Origin: an uncultured Bacteroidales bacterium
Lineage (GTDB): Bacteria; Bacteroidota; Bacteroidia; Bacteroidales; WCHB1-69
Assembly (NCBI GenBank): GCA_900316305.1
Contig: ONCM01000005.1
Span: forward strand, 65,295-129,294
DNA length: 64,000 nt
Direction: 5' to 3'
Shown piece by piece: positions 16,166 to 25,343 of this stretch (within the stretch, counting starts at the first letter, position 1; each line of letters opens with the position of its first letter). Position numbers and translations under genes: made by a program. The notes below the pieces were generated by a model. The model was given only the letters and a program-made list of their open reading frames with translations, searched no databases and was not told the DNA's origin.

Positions 16166-17563
16166 TTACTTGCCGATAATCGCGGCCAGCTCGTCCACGC
16201 CCTTCGGCAAATGCGGACCTAACACGCGGTGACCGGTCTCGGTGATCAGCAGGTCGTCCTCGATGCGGATGCCGCCGAAGTCGCGATACTTCTCCACCAC
16301 ATCGTAGTTGATGAAGTCGGCGAACTTGTTCTCCTTTTTCCAAATATCGATGAGGTGCGGGATGAAGTAGATACCCGGCTCGATGGAGACCACAAAGCCC
16401 GGCTTCAGCTCGCGGGCCATACGCAAAGAAGCCCAGCCGAAGATGTTGCTCGGACGCACAGTATCGTCATAGCCGACGTAAATCTGGCCCAAACCTTCCA
16501 TATCGTGGACATCCAAACCGATTTGGTGACCCAGACCGTGAACCATGAACAAAGCATGAGCACCCAGCTCCACTGCCTCTTTCACGTCACCCTTCATCAA
16601 TCCCAAATCCTTGAGACCCTGGGCGATAACCTCGCAAGAGAGACGGTGCAGTTCCTTGTTGTACATGCCCGGATGCGCCGCATCAATGGCGTCCATGTTG
16701 GCTTTCAGCACGATTTCGTAAATCTCCTGCTGCTTCTGCGTAAACTTACCGTTGACAGGCAGCGTACGGGTGTAGTCGGAGCAGTAGTTCATCAGTCCTT
16801 CCGCACCGGCGTCCATCAGCAGCATATTGCCGGCCTTCAAGATGCCATTGTGCAGGTGGTTGTGCAGCGTTTCGCCATGTTGAGACAGAATCACCGGGAA
16901 AGAGATGCCGTTGCCGTACGACAGGGCAATGCCCTCGGCCAAGCCGGCCAACTCGCGCTCGGATTCGCCTTCCACAGCACGGCGCATCACAGCGGTGTGC
17001 ATCTTCACACCAATCTCGCAAGCCTTGTCCATCTCGTCGATTTCGCACTGCTCCTTCGCGGAACGCAGGTTCACGATGCCCATAATCAACTCTACAGAGG
17101 CAGCCTCGCGAATGTGGTTAACGTCAATGCCGGTGAGGTTAGCCATCAAAATCTGGTTATCACCGCGATATTGCGGGGTAAAATGCACCTTACGACCTTG
17201 TGCCTGGGCTTGCTGGATATACTCGACTAACTGCGCGAACGGACGGGTCTCCGTCACGCCCACCTTCTCGGCCAAAGAGGCAATCGTCGGCTGGTCACCC
17301 ATCCAGATGATATCGTCGATGGTGAAGTCGTTGCCGAAAATGATGGACTGGTGCGCGTCAAAGTCGATAACGGCGGCGATGTCGGCGATGGAAAGTCCGA
17401 AGAAATAGAGGAAGTCGCTGTCCTGACGGAAGTTGTAGGTGTTATCAGGATAGTTCATCGGGGCCTCATGGTTGCCCAAAAACACGGCGATGCCGCTCTT
17501 GACGGCCGCCGTCAGTTTCTCTCTTCTGTTTTGATAAACTTGGGGTTCGAATAAGGGGTTCAT
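16166..17563 (-). CDS. Xaa-Pro aminopeptidase (M24B, PepP-like)
   Basis: 465 aa. The N-terminal creatinase-like domain and the 'HGLGHQIGLDVHD' metal-site region are typical of aminopeptidase P. Confidence 0.8.
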   Translation of the reverse strand: MNPLFEPQVYQNRREKLTAAVKSGIAVFLGNHEAPMNYPDNTYNFRQDSDFLYFFGLSIADIAAVIDFDAHQSIIFGNDFTIDDIIWMGDQPTIASLAEKVGVTETRPFAQLVEYIQQAQAQGRKVHFTPQYRGDNQILMANLTGIDVNHIREAASVELIMGIVNLRSAKEQCEIDEMDKACEIGVKMHTAVMRRAVEGESERELAGLAEGIALSYGNGISFPVILSQHGETLHNHLHNGILKAGNMLLMDAGAEGLMNYCSDYTRTLPVNGKFTQKQQEIYEIVLKANMDAIDAAHPGMYNKELHRLSCEVIAQGLKDLGLMKGDVKEAVELGAHALFMVHGLGHQIGLDVHDMEGLGQIYVGYDDTVRPSNIFGWASLRMARELKPGFVVSIEPGIYFIPHLIDIWKKENKFADFINYDVVEKYRDFGGIRIEDDLLITETGHRVLGPHLPKGVDELAAIIGK

Positions 17564-17592
17564 AATTATTTACGTATTTAATTTTGAAAAGG

Positions 17593-17600
17593 CAAAAGTA
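17593..17600 (-). promoter_or_regulatory. -7 promoter box (TACTTTTG)
   Basis: Plus strand reads caaaagta, 30 nt upstream of ATG 17563. Confidence 0.45.
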
Positions 17601-17620
17601 CACTTTTTTTGAATTGAACT

Positions 17621-18919
17621 TTAGCTGTTGGCTATTGGCTGTTGGCTAAAAGCTAATGTGTTAATGCCAGTAATGTATTGGATCGCGGCATCCAATTGCG
17701 GTTTGAAATCACCATTGTAGTTCTTGCGTAGGACAATCTCGTCGGGGGTGTGGCCGATGCCTTCCCAAACTTTGCCACTGATTTGCGCCTCGAAAGAGGA
17801 GGTATAGACGTAATGGCCGGTGTTAATGTCCCCAAAGGGACCACCGTAGTTAAGGTCGATGCAGTTGGCAGGCTGCAACGGACCCGTGCCTCCGTGCGTG
17901 CGTTCGCCAATCGTATGGCTGGTGGGCAACACCGCCTTGATGGTCATCGGCTCTATCTCGCCCATACTCACCGAGTTGATGTCGCAAATGACCACATACG
18001 GAATGTTCTCCGCCGTGATATCGCGGTGGTATCTCTTATTGGGGTCAATATAGTAGGGCGTCCACACGGAATGCTCCAACCGCCCCGGACCCTCTTTGTA
18101 GCGAGTCTTCATAATCTCCGTGCGCTCGTTGAGGTAGTTGCCGATGAGGTAGTCCAAGTCGTCCTGATAGCCGCCACGGTTGCAACGATTATCGAGGATA
18201 ATACCGGCCAGCTGGTGGCGCGGGGTCTCCGTGATGGCGCGGAAATAGTGGTCGAGCAGCTGCGCGGCTTCGCCATTCTGGAGCATTATCGGTGTGATAC
18301 CAGCGGAAGATTGCCACAAGTACGGAATCTTCCGCCCATCGGGAAGCTTAAAAAGAATATAATGGTATATGACATACATTCCCAATTCCGGAGCGTATCC
18401 CACACCTGTTTCGTGTGTTTCCACCGTATATTGCGATTCGATATTTTGCAAAAATGCCTGAATACCAGCATTTTCATCCGAAGCCGACTCAAAATAGTAA
18501 TCGCGGGTAGGAATTTCCAAATCGTAAGGACGGACGCTCACATAGCTGGTCAAGTCATCGGGAGCCGGATGCAAGTTCCTGACATTGAACGACATGTGGT
18601 GGTCAACCATGCCGCCCACCAAACCAGTGTAGAGCGCTTGTAACTCATTCGTCGAAACATATCCAACCTCCTCGTATTTCTTGTCAAGTTCCTGGAATTT
18701 AGGATAATACCGACTGTACGCAGCCTCCCAATCCGTGGTATCGACGTCCCAGAAGACATAGCCCGTACTGAGGACTTTCCAGAGATAATCGAACTGTTCG
18801 GTGTAAGTGCTGTATGCCAGCTTGCCGTTTTCGCCGATGTAGGGCATGTAGTCGGCCTGTTTGCGACAGGAGATGCCTATCAGGACTAATATTGCTGCTA
18901 TTGTGATGATTTTCTTCAT
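17621..18919 (-). CDS. S41-family peptidase, lipoprotein
   Basis: The likely start is 'MKKIITIAAILVLIGISC' (lipobox) at 18919. Family motifs are 'ILDNRCNRGGY' (DxRxNxGG) and 'NSVSMGE'. Confidence 0.7.
   Translation of the reverse strand: MKKIITIAAILVLIGISCRKQADYMPYIGENGKLAYSTYTEQFDYLWKVLSTGYVFWDVDTTDWEAAYSRYYPKFQELDKKYEEVGYVSTNELQALYTGLVGGMVDHHMSFNVRNLHPAPDDLTSYVSVRPYDLEIPTRDYYFESASDENAGIQAFLQNIESQYTVETHETGVGYAPELGMYVIYHYILFKLPDGRKIPYLWQSSAGITPIMLQNGEAAQLLDHYFRAITETPRHQLAGIILDNRCNRGGYQDDLDYLIGNYLNERTEIMKTRYKEGPGRLEHSVWTPYYIDPNKRYHRDITAENIPYVVICDINSVSMGEIEPMTIKAVLPTSHTIGERTHGGTGPLQPANCIDLNYGGPFGDINTGHYVYTSSFEAQISGKVWEGIGHTPDEIVLRKNYNGDFKPQLDAAIQYITGINTLAFSQQPIANS
17623..17657. repeat. Heptamer array (RGCTRTT family)
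   Basis: Sequence: agctgtt ggctatt ggctgtt ggctaaa agctaat. It overlaps the 3' end of the S41 ORF. Confidence 0.7.
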
Positions 18920-19018
18920 GACTTTGGTTTTTGATGGCCCCACACTGCGCTTCGCTTGTGTGGGGTTAATTGCACTCCGTGCGTTTTGCCTCTCCGAGGC
19001 TGCTCAAAGAAAATAATT

Positions 19019-19705
19019 TTAAAAAATGTATGATGCGCCGAAGGTGATGGACAACGTACTGAGATAGCGGGGATCGCGCATGTGTTCAGAACTGCGATGG
19101 TAAGAGGTGAGGTCGTAGTAATAAAGTGCGTCAAGGTTGATGTCCCAGTGGTTGTCTAGCTTGTAGCTTATGCCTAAACCGCCGATGAGGCCTGCACAGA
19201 AGCGGTTATCCTCACTCGTGAACGGACGCACTTCGTTGAAATCGTCATAATAAACGTAATAATCTGTCATCCAATAAGTTTTGCCAACCCTGCGCTCGCG
19301 AAGCCAGTAGCCCACATAGCCGCCGGCATACGCATGACCACGCAGATCTTTTCCCCCAAAGGAAAAGTCGGCCAGCACGGGCAACATCAGATAATAGTTG
19401 TGATGGTTCGTAAAGACGGGATCCAAGTAGTTGAGATTTCGGTCCATACGGTGAGACCGCCGCATGAAGCTGAGATCGGCACGCAAAGCGAACCATTCGG
19501 TGAAACCGTAGCGAGCCTGGACGCCCGCATCAAAGCCGCTGAACCCGGAATAGGATTCGTCGATGCGCCCCGCGTCAGAGCGCGTGATGGTGGTGTAGTC
19601 CCACCCGCCCTTCACGCCCACGGACCATTGGGCGGAGACGGTTAATGCCGTCATGCACAGCAACATCACAATGCACAACGACTTTAATACCATTGTTTGT
19701 TTCAT
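19019..19705 (-). CDS. Outer-membrane beta-barrel (porin-family) protein
   Basis: Signal peptide ending 'TVSAQ'. The sequence shows an alternating aromatic/small-residue pattern and ends in 'GASYIF'. Confidence 0.6.
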   Translation of the reverse strand: MKQTMVLKSLCIVMLLCMTALTVSAQWSVGVKGGWDYTTITRSDAGRIDESYSGFSGFDAGVQARYGFTEWFALRADLSFMRRSHRMDRNLNYLDPVFTNHHNYYLMLPVLADFSFGGKDLRGHAYAGGYVGYWLRERRVGKTYWMTDYYVYYDDFNEVRPFTSEDNRFCAGLIGGLGISYKLDNHWDINLDALYYYDLTSYHRSSEHMRDPRYLSTLSITFGASYIF

Positions 19706-19744
19706 TGTTTTATTATTTCGTTAATCTTATCGTCAATTTTGCGG

Positions 19745-19752
19745 CAAAAATA
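19745..19752 (-). promoter_or_regulatory. -7 promoter box (TATTTTTG)
   Basis: Plus strand reads caaaaata, 40 nt upstream of ATG 19705. Confidence 0.45.
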
Positions 19753-19797
19753 ACAATTCCTTCTACACCACGTATCTTTATTTGACCATTGACATTG

Positions 19798-19860
19798 ACC
19801 CAGGGCTCCGATTCGCTTCACCCTAGGCTGACATATTTCGGGCTTACAGCCCTTTGGGAA
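19798..19860. repeat. ~63-nt intergenic element, copy E1 (core CACCCTAGGCTRACATAT)
   Basis: It aligns with 32061..32124. Both have AGGGCTC..TCGCT..CACCCTAGGCT[G/A]ACATAT followed by a short GC hairpin. Confidence 0.6.
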
Positions 19861-19866
19861 GAAATT

Positions 19867-19889
19867 CCTGAAACTTGAAACCTGAAACC
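19867..19889. repeat. Heptamer array (CYTGAAA x3)
   Basis: Sequence: cctgaaa cttgaaa cctgaaa. This is the reverse complement of the GTTTCAR family at 32784. Confidence 0.65.
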
Positions 19890-19921
19890 AAAAAGAGACC
19901 CATCTTCCGACAGGTCTCTCT
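19888..19921 (-). terminator. Intrinsic terminator after the POT transporter gene
   Basis: On the minus strand, an AGAGACC...GGTCTCT hairpin is followed by TTTTTGG. Confidence 0.6.
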
Positions 19922-19946
19922 TTATATATAATATGGTAAATACCGA

Positions 19947-21593
19947 CTATTGCGTCACGCGCTCCAGCCATTTCACCATGCCAAGCATGACGGCCATGGA
20001 GACGAAGCAGACCACTGCGAAGACGGCCCAGCAGTATTTGATAGGCCATGCGTTGTACATCACAGGTCCGAGCCAGATCATCAGGTTACCGATGGCGGTA
20101 GCACCGAGCCACAAGCCTTGGCACAAACCCACCATGTGGCGCGGAGCCACCTTGGAGACGAATGACAGACCCAGCGGGGAGATGAACAACTCAGCGACGG
20201 TCAGCAGGAAGTAGGTGACGAGCAGCACCCAAGGAGCAGCTTTGGAAAGACCAGCAGCAGCCATCTGGGCAGCATCCAACAAACGGAATTCCTCACCAGA
20301 AGGATAATTCTTGATGATAGAGAAGATCATCAGGAAGAGATATGCACTACCGGCAATGGCCATACCCAAAGCGATCTTACGCGGGGTGGACATCGTGACA
20401 CGTTTGTTGAAGAGGATCATAATGGGAGTAAGCACAATCACAAAGAAGGGGTTCAAAGCCTGCCAAATTTCAGGAGCGATAGCATCCGTTTTAACGAAGT
20501 CACGGGCGAACACAGACAACGACTGGCCGTTCTGGTGGAAAGAGAACCAGAAGAAGATGGCGATACCCAGCACTGCGAAAAGGGCATACAGACGTTGTTT
20601 GATTTCCGTAGCCATAGCTTGTTTCTCTTCAGCGGTATATTCCACCACCTGAGCAACTTCTTTCTTGGCCGGTTGCGGGAATTTATACTTGTTAACCAAG
20701 AAGATAATCAAAGAAATAGCCATTGCAATCACAGAGGCGATGAAGGAGAAATGGACACCCTGATTGAAAACGGTGATGTAGTCGGAGCAGAATGCAGCCG
20801 TGTCAGTGAAGACGTAACCGTCTTGCAGCACAGCAGCCATGGTCTCCGTGAACTTCTGGGTCTCCTGACCGTTTGCCAAGAATTGGTGACAAAGACCAGA
20901 CATATCAGCGTTATATACAAGGTGATGCGCCTTCAACCACCATTCGCGGAGGAACGGGGCGATGAACGGAGCAAAGAAACCACCAATGTTGATGAAGACG
21001 TAGAAAATCTGGAAACCGGAGTCACGACGCTTTTTAGCTTCTGCGAGTGCTTCGGGACCCTTCTTGGCGGCCTCTTCCTCGAACTCGTCGTACAGTTTGC
21101 CGACGATAGCCTGCAAGTTGCCCTTGAACAGACCGTTACCGAAAGCAATGAACAACAGAGCCATACAGGTGATAGTCAGGATGGTAGCCCAACCGGCACC
21201 GCTATCCAGAATAGCACCGTCAGCGGTCTTGCTGAACAACGGAATAGCCATCACCACATAACCAATAGCCATGATGATGAGACCCCATTGGATGGTCTTG
21301 TTGTAGTTTTGCGTTCTGTCGGCGATGATACCGCCCACGAGACTCAAGACGTAAATTCCGAAATAGAACACGGAATAGATGACGCCAGCCGTCCCATCGG
21401 GAAGACCGAACTTTGACACCAGGAAGAGAAGCAACACAGCGTTCATGATGTAGTAGCCAAAACGCTCACCCATGTTACTCAACGCCGCAGCGATAAGGCC
21501 TTTCGGGTGGTTTTTCGCTTCCTTCACATAGTAAATAATGAACGGCACAATAACTAGTGCGCCGACAAGACAAATAATACCAGCTATACTCAT
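19947..21593 (-). CDS. POT-family proton-dependent di/tripeptide transporter
   Basis: 548 aa and multi-TM, with the 'GERFGYYIMNAVLLLFL' signature (ExxERFxYY-like). Confidence 0.8.
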   Translation of the reverse strand: MSIAGIICLVGALVIVPFIIYYVKEAKNHPKGLIAAALSNMGERFGYYIMNAVLLLFLVSKFGLPDGTAGVIYSVFYFGIYVLSLVGGIIADRTQNYNKTIQWGLIIMAIGYVVMAIPLFSKTADGAILDSGAGWATILTITCMALLFIAFGNGLFKGNLQAIVGKLYDEFEEEAAKKGPEALAEAKKRRDSGFQIFYVFINIGGFFAPFIAPFLREWWLKAHHLVYNADMSGLCHQFLANGQETQKFTETMAAVLQDGYVFTDTAAFCSDYITVFNQGVHFSFIASVIAMAISLIIFLVNKYKFPQPAKKEVAQVVEYTAEEKQAMATEIKQRLYALFAVLGIAIFFWFSFHQNGQSLSVFARDFVKTDAIAPEIWQALNPFFVIVLTPIMILFNKRVTMSTPRKIALGMAIAGSAYLFLMIFSIIKNYPSGEEFRLLDAAQMAAAGLSKAAPWVLLVTYFLLTVAELFISPLGLSFVSKVAPRHMVGLCQGLWLGATAIGNLMIWLGPVMYNAWPIKYCWAVFAVVCFVSMAVMLGMVKWLERVTQ

Positions 21594-21614
21594 ATTTTAT
21601 TGAATTTTAATTGT

Positions 21615-21929
21615 TTACAGATGTTGGTTGATTTTCGCCACCAGTTCGTCTTTCTTGATGACACCGACGTGACGATCGACGAGCTCACCGTTCTTGATGA
21701 AAACGAGGGTGGGGATGTTCATGATGCCGAACTGCATGGCGATGTCGCCGTTCTCATCGGTATCACACTTGCCGACCACGGCTTTGCCCTCAAATTCGGC
21801 GGCGACCTCCTCCACGATGGGAGCGATGCTTCTGCACGGGCCGCACCACGTTGCCCAGAAATCAATGACGACCAGCTTGTCGCCCTTAATCAGGCTTTCA
21901 AAATTCTCTTTGTTAATTGCTAATGCCAT
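21615..21929 (-). CDS. trxA: Thioredoxin
   Basis: 104 aa with the 'WATWCGPCR' active site. Confidence 0.9.
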   Translation of the reverse strand: MALAINKENFESLIKGDKLVVIDFWATWCGPCRSIAPIVEEVAAEFEGKAVVGKCDTDENGDIAMQFGIMNIPTLVFIKNGELVDRHVGVIKKDELVAKINQHL

Positions 21930-21957
21930 AATATTTGGATTTTAAATTATTAAGCCG

Positions 21958-21965
21958 CAAAGATA
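21958..21965 (-). promoter_or_regulatory. -7 promoter box (TATCTTTG) for trxA
   Basis: Plus strand reads caaagata, 29 nt upstream of ATG 21929. Confidence 0.5.
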
Positions 21966-21993
21966 CAATTTTTTTAGACGTCCAAAAATTTTG

Positions 21994-22001
21994 TATATTT
22001 G
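21994..22001 (+). promoter_or_regulatory. -7 promoter box (TATATTTG)
   Basis: 23 nt upstream of ATG 22024. It is divergent from the trxA promoter. Confidence 0.5.
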
Positions 22002-22023
22002 CCACCGTGAAATTTATTAGAAG

Positions 22024-22431
22024 ATGAAACAGTTGAAAAGATTAATGACACTCTGTTTTTGTGCGGCAATCCTGCTGGCCGGATGCACCAAATACGGTAC
22101 TGCAGTCTCCACCATCACCGATTATTCTTACGCCAACAAACAACTGACTGTCAATGCCGTGGTAACCGACGACGGCGGCTGCAACTACTACATGGAACAA
22201 GGTTTCTGCTACAGCCTGTTCTGTCCGCCGAACCTCACCGACATCTACACCACACTGGTGAAAGTCAACAACTATTCCGAAATCGATACCTTCTCGGCCA
22301 CCTTCACCTTGCCGCTGGCCGACACCGCGTATTACGTTTGCGCGTATGTGAAGAACAGTGCGGGCCTCTCCTACAGCGATGCCGTGAAGGTCTCCACCAA
22401 CCCCGCCGATTATCCAGCCCCCCAAGAATAA
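22024..22431 (+). CDS. Hypothetical lipoprotein
   Basis: Lipobox 'LLAGC'. No family recognised. Confidence 0.5.
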   Translation: MKQLKRLMTLCFCAAILLAGCTKYGTAVSTITDYSYANKQLTVNAVVTDDGGCNYYMEQGFCYSLFCPPNLTDIYTTLVKVNNYSEIDTFSATFTLPLADTAYYVCAYVKNSAGLSYSDAVKVSTNPADYPAPQE

Positions 22432-22453
22432 TTTTAACCAATTTAATATAATA

Positions 22454-23524
22454 ATGAAGAAAATTCTTGCCATCAATCCCGGAGCCACCTCCACCAAAGT
22501 TGCTATTTTCGACGGCAACGAACAAATATTCCTGAAGAACATCAAGCATTCCACGGAAGAACTGTCCCAGTTTGCCACGATTGCCGACCAATACGAGTTC
22601 CGCAAGAACATCATCACCTCCACTTTGGAGGCGGAAGGCATTGACCTGCACGACATCTCCATCGTGATGGGCCGCGGCGGTCTTGTAAAACCCCTCAAAT
22701 CTGGTGTTTACAGAGTCAATGATTTGATGCTGGAGCATCTGAAGATGGGCTACAGCGGTCAACACGCCTGCAACCTCGGCGGTCTCATCGCCGACAGCAT
22801 TGCCAAATACATCGGTTTGGAATGTGCCTATATCGCTGATCCTGTGATGGTTGACGAGATGCACGACATCGCCCGCATCTCCGGTCACCCAATGTTTGAG
22901 CGTCAGTCTATTTTCCACGCCCTCAACCACAAAGCCATCGGCCGCATGTACGCCAAGGATTGCGGAAAGAAGTATGAGGACCTCAACCTCATCATCACCC
23001 ACATGGGTGGCGGTGTGAGCGTCGGCGCACACGAAAAGGGCAAGGTCATCGATGTGAACCAAGCTCTCGACGGCGAAGGTCCGTTCTCTCCCGAACGTTC
23101 CGGTTCCCTGCCGATGAACCAATTCTTAAAAGCTTGTTTCAGTGGCAAATACACCCAACAAGACATGCAGAAGATGCTCGTTGGCAAGGGCGGTTATGTC
23201 GGCTATTTCGGCAGCAATGACGCCTATGCAGTCGAGAAGGCAGCCATCGCCGGCGACCCCAAAGCTGATCTCCTCGAAGAGGCTTTCGCTTACCAAGTAG
23301 CCAAGCAGATTGGTGAGAACGCCTGCGTGCTGAAAGGCAAGGTCGATGCCATCATCCTCACCGGCGGTATTGCTTACGGCAAACCGGTCGTTGCCCGCAT
23401 CAAGAAATATGTGGAGTGGATCGCCCCTGTGGCCGTCTATCCCGGCGAAGACGAAATGGCCGCTATGGCCTTGAATGCCAACATGATCCTGAACAAGGAA
23501 ATCGAAATCCAAGAGTACGTATAA
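22454..23524 (+). CDS. buk: Butyrate kinase
   Basis: 356 aa. The N-terminus is 'MKKILAINPGATSTKVAIFDG', and the overall pattern is ASKHA/butyrate kinase. Confidence 0.85.
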   Translation: MKKILAINPGATSTKVAIFDGNEQIFLKNIKHSTEELSQFATIADQYEFRKNIITSTLEAEGIDLHDISIVMGRGGLVKPLKSGVYRVNDLMLEHLKMGYSGQHACNLGGLIADSIAKYIGLECAYIADPVMVDEMHDIARISGHPMFERQSIFHALNHKAIGRMYAKDCGKKYEDLNLIITHMGGGVSVGAHEKGKVIDVNQALDGEGPFSPERSGSLPMNQFLKACFSGKYTQQDMQKMLVGKGGYVGYFGSNDAYAVEKAAIAGDPKADLLEEAFAYQVAKQIGENACVLKGKVDAIILTGGIAYGKPVVARIKKYVEWIAPVAVYPGEDEMAAMALNANMILNKEIEIQEYV

Positions 23525-24390
23525 TGCTCACTTTCGCGCTCTACAGCCGTTCCGGTAGCGGTCCCCAACCGCTCATCGATTCGGTCGTCCGTTATATACA
23601 AACCCACGACGGCAAGGTGTGTCTGCATCAGAACGCACCTTGCCAGTGTGTTGATTTAGAACGGTTTGCGACATACGAAGACCTTCAACGAATTGGGAAT
23701 GTGGACTTTATGATTTCCGTAGGCGGTGACGGCTCCTTCATTGACGCCGCCAACCTCATCGGGGATCTGAATATTCCGCTGGTCGGCATCAACACCGGGC
23801 GCATCGGCTTTCTGTCAGCCATTAAAAAAGACAACTTCGAAGCTTCCATCCGGATGCTTTTCGACAAACAATACACGTTGGAATCGCGCTCGCTGCTTCA
23901 CATCGAGGGCAGCGAGCCGTTACCGCTGGACACGCGTTTCGTGGTGAACGACGTGACCATCCGCGCCACCGACAACGACTCCATCAACGCCATTTCGGTG
24001 GAGGCCGGTGGCAAGCACATCAACACCTACTGGGCCGACGGACTGATTGTGGCCACCCCGACGGGCTCCACGGCCTATTCCATGAGTTGCGGCGGTCCCA
24101 TCCTGCACCCCCAAACCGACGTGGTGGTGCTCACCCCCATCGCCTCCCACTCCCTCAGCGTGCGGCCGCTGGTTATCCCCGCCGCCCAAACCCTGGAAAT
24201 CTCCGTCAACGGACGTGGCGGAAAATATTCGCTTTGCGTTGACACTCAACGGATTATTCTCAACGACAAGGTCAAACTCAGCATCTCCAAGGAAAACTTC
24301 ACTATTAAAACCGTCCTTTTCGACAACGCCGATTTCTATTCCACCATACGCGAAAAATTGCTGTGGGGACTGGACAAACGGAACGACTAA
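23524..24390 (+). CDS. nadK: NAD kinase
   Basis: The start ATG overlaps the buk stop (TAATG). The 'GGDGSF' and 'NTGRIGFL' motifs are present. Confidence 0.85.
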   Translation: MLTFALYSRSGSGPQPLIDSVVRYIQTHDGKVCLHQNAPCQCVDLERFATYEDLQRIGNVDFMISVGGDGSFIDAANLIGDLNIPLVGINTGRIGFLSAIKKDNFEASIRMLFDKQYTLESRSLLHIEGSEPLPLDTRFVVNDVTIRATDNDSINAISVEAGGKHINTYWADGLIVATPTGSTAYSMSCGGPILHPQTDVVVLTPIASHSLSVRPLVIPAAQTLEISVNGRGGKYSLCVDTQRIILNDKVKLSISKENFTIKTVLFDNADFYSTIREKLLWGLDKRND

Positions 24391-24395
24391 TACAC

Positions 24396-24461
24396 GGCTA
24401 TTGGCTATTAGCTTTTGGCTATTAGCCGTTAGCTAAAAGCTAAAAGCCAACGGCTGAAAAC
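24396..24461. repeat. Heptamer array (GGCTATT family, ~9 units)
   Basis: Sequence: ggctatt ggctatt agctttt ggctatt agccgtt agctaaa agctaaa agccaac ggctgaa. It begins 5 nt after the nadK stop and contains a GCCGTT/AACGGC hairpin. Confidence 0.75.
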
Positions 24462-24543
24462 TACTCAATTGGACGACTGATATTTCAACATTATAGTGTT
24501 TATTTTTTTATCTGAATGCAGGTTTTAAAATCTGTAATAATAT

Positions 24544-24551
24544 TAATTTTG
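24544..24551 (+). promoter_or_regulatory. -7 promoter box (TAATTTTG) for ftsQ
   Basis: 30 nt upstream of ATG 24581. Confidence 0.45.
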
Positions 24552-24580
24552 TCAGATTAAAAGTAATTGTGCAAAATTGT

Positions 24581-25333
24581 ATGAAATACGCTAAGCCGAT
24601 AGTCCGTATCTTGCTGAGTATCACTTTGGTAGTGGTATTCATCTTGGCTGCTGTCAACATGCCGAGACAGCGGTGTGAGCGTATCTCTGCGGTGGCGCAC
24701 ACGCAGAACGAAAGCGTCACGCTCGGACAGGCGGACGTGGAGGCGATGCTGGCGGCGGCCAACATCGAGGTGGTGGGCAAAGCCATGAAGGAAATCGACC
24801 TCGGCGAAATCACCGCGTTGCTGAAGTCCAACCCCTACATCGCAAACGTGAATTTCGTCCACTTCGCGGGCAAGAAACTGGTGATCGACTACGACCTCCG
24901 GAACATCATGCTCCACGTGTTCACCCCCAACGGCGGGCACTATCTGGTGGACAATGAAGGGATTGTGGTCCCCTTCACCGCCAAGATGAAAGACTACCTG
25001 ATGATTGTCAACGGCAACGTGTCCGACAACTACAAGAGCGGCAAGAAGGCACCCGGCAAGGTGCAGGATGCGCTGGCGCTCACCAAGGAAATCCAAAAAG
25101 ACGACTTTTCCCAAGCCCAATACCGGCAGATATACCTCAACAACCGCAACGAACTCGAACTGACCACCGCCATCGGCGGACAGAACATCCTCTTTGGATC
25201 GGCCGACAATGCCGCGGAAAAGCTCAAAAACCTCAAAACGGTTTACGAAAACGGACTGTCCCACAAGGGGTACAACACCTACTCCCAGCTGGACGCCCGC
25301 TACAAGAACAGAATTATTGCAACAAGAAAATAA
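24581..25333 (+). CDS. ftsQ: Cell division protein FtsQ
   Basis: Single N-terminal TM helix followed by a POTRA-like region. The gene sits immediately upstream of ftsA-ftsZ. ATG 24581 is preferred over the track's GTG at 24569. Confidence 0.7.
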   Translation: MKYAKPIVRILLSITLVVVFILAAVNMPRQRCERISAVAHTQNESVTLGQADVEAMLAAANIEVVGKAMKEIDLGEITALLKSNPYIANVNFVHFAGKKLVIDYDLRNIMLHVFTPNGGHYLVDNEGIVVPFTAKMKDYLMIVNGNVSDNYKSGKKAPGKVQDALALTKEIQKDDFSQAQYRQIYLNNRNELELTTAIGGQNILFGSADNAAEKLKNLKTVYENGLSHKGYNTYSQLDARYKNRIIATRK

Positions 25334-25343
25334 CCCTGAGCGT

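Noticed and set aside
24396-24461. The heptamer arrays might be CRISPR arrays.
   Set aside because: The units are 7 nt long and contiguous, with no spacers. The arrays are 100 nt or shorter, and no cas genes are present.
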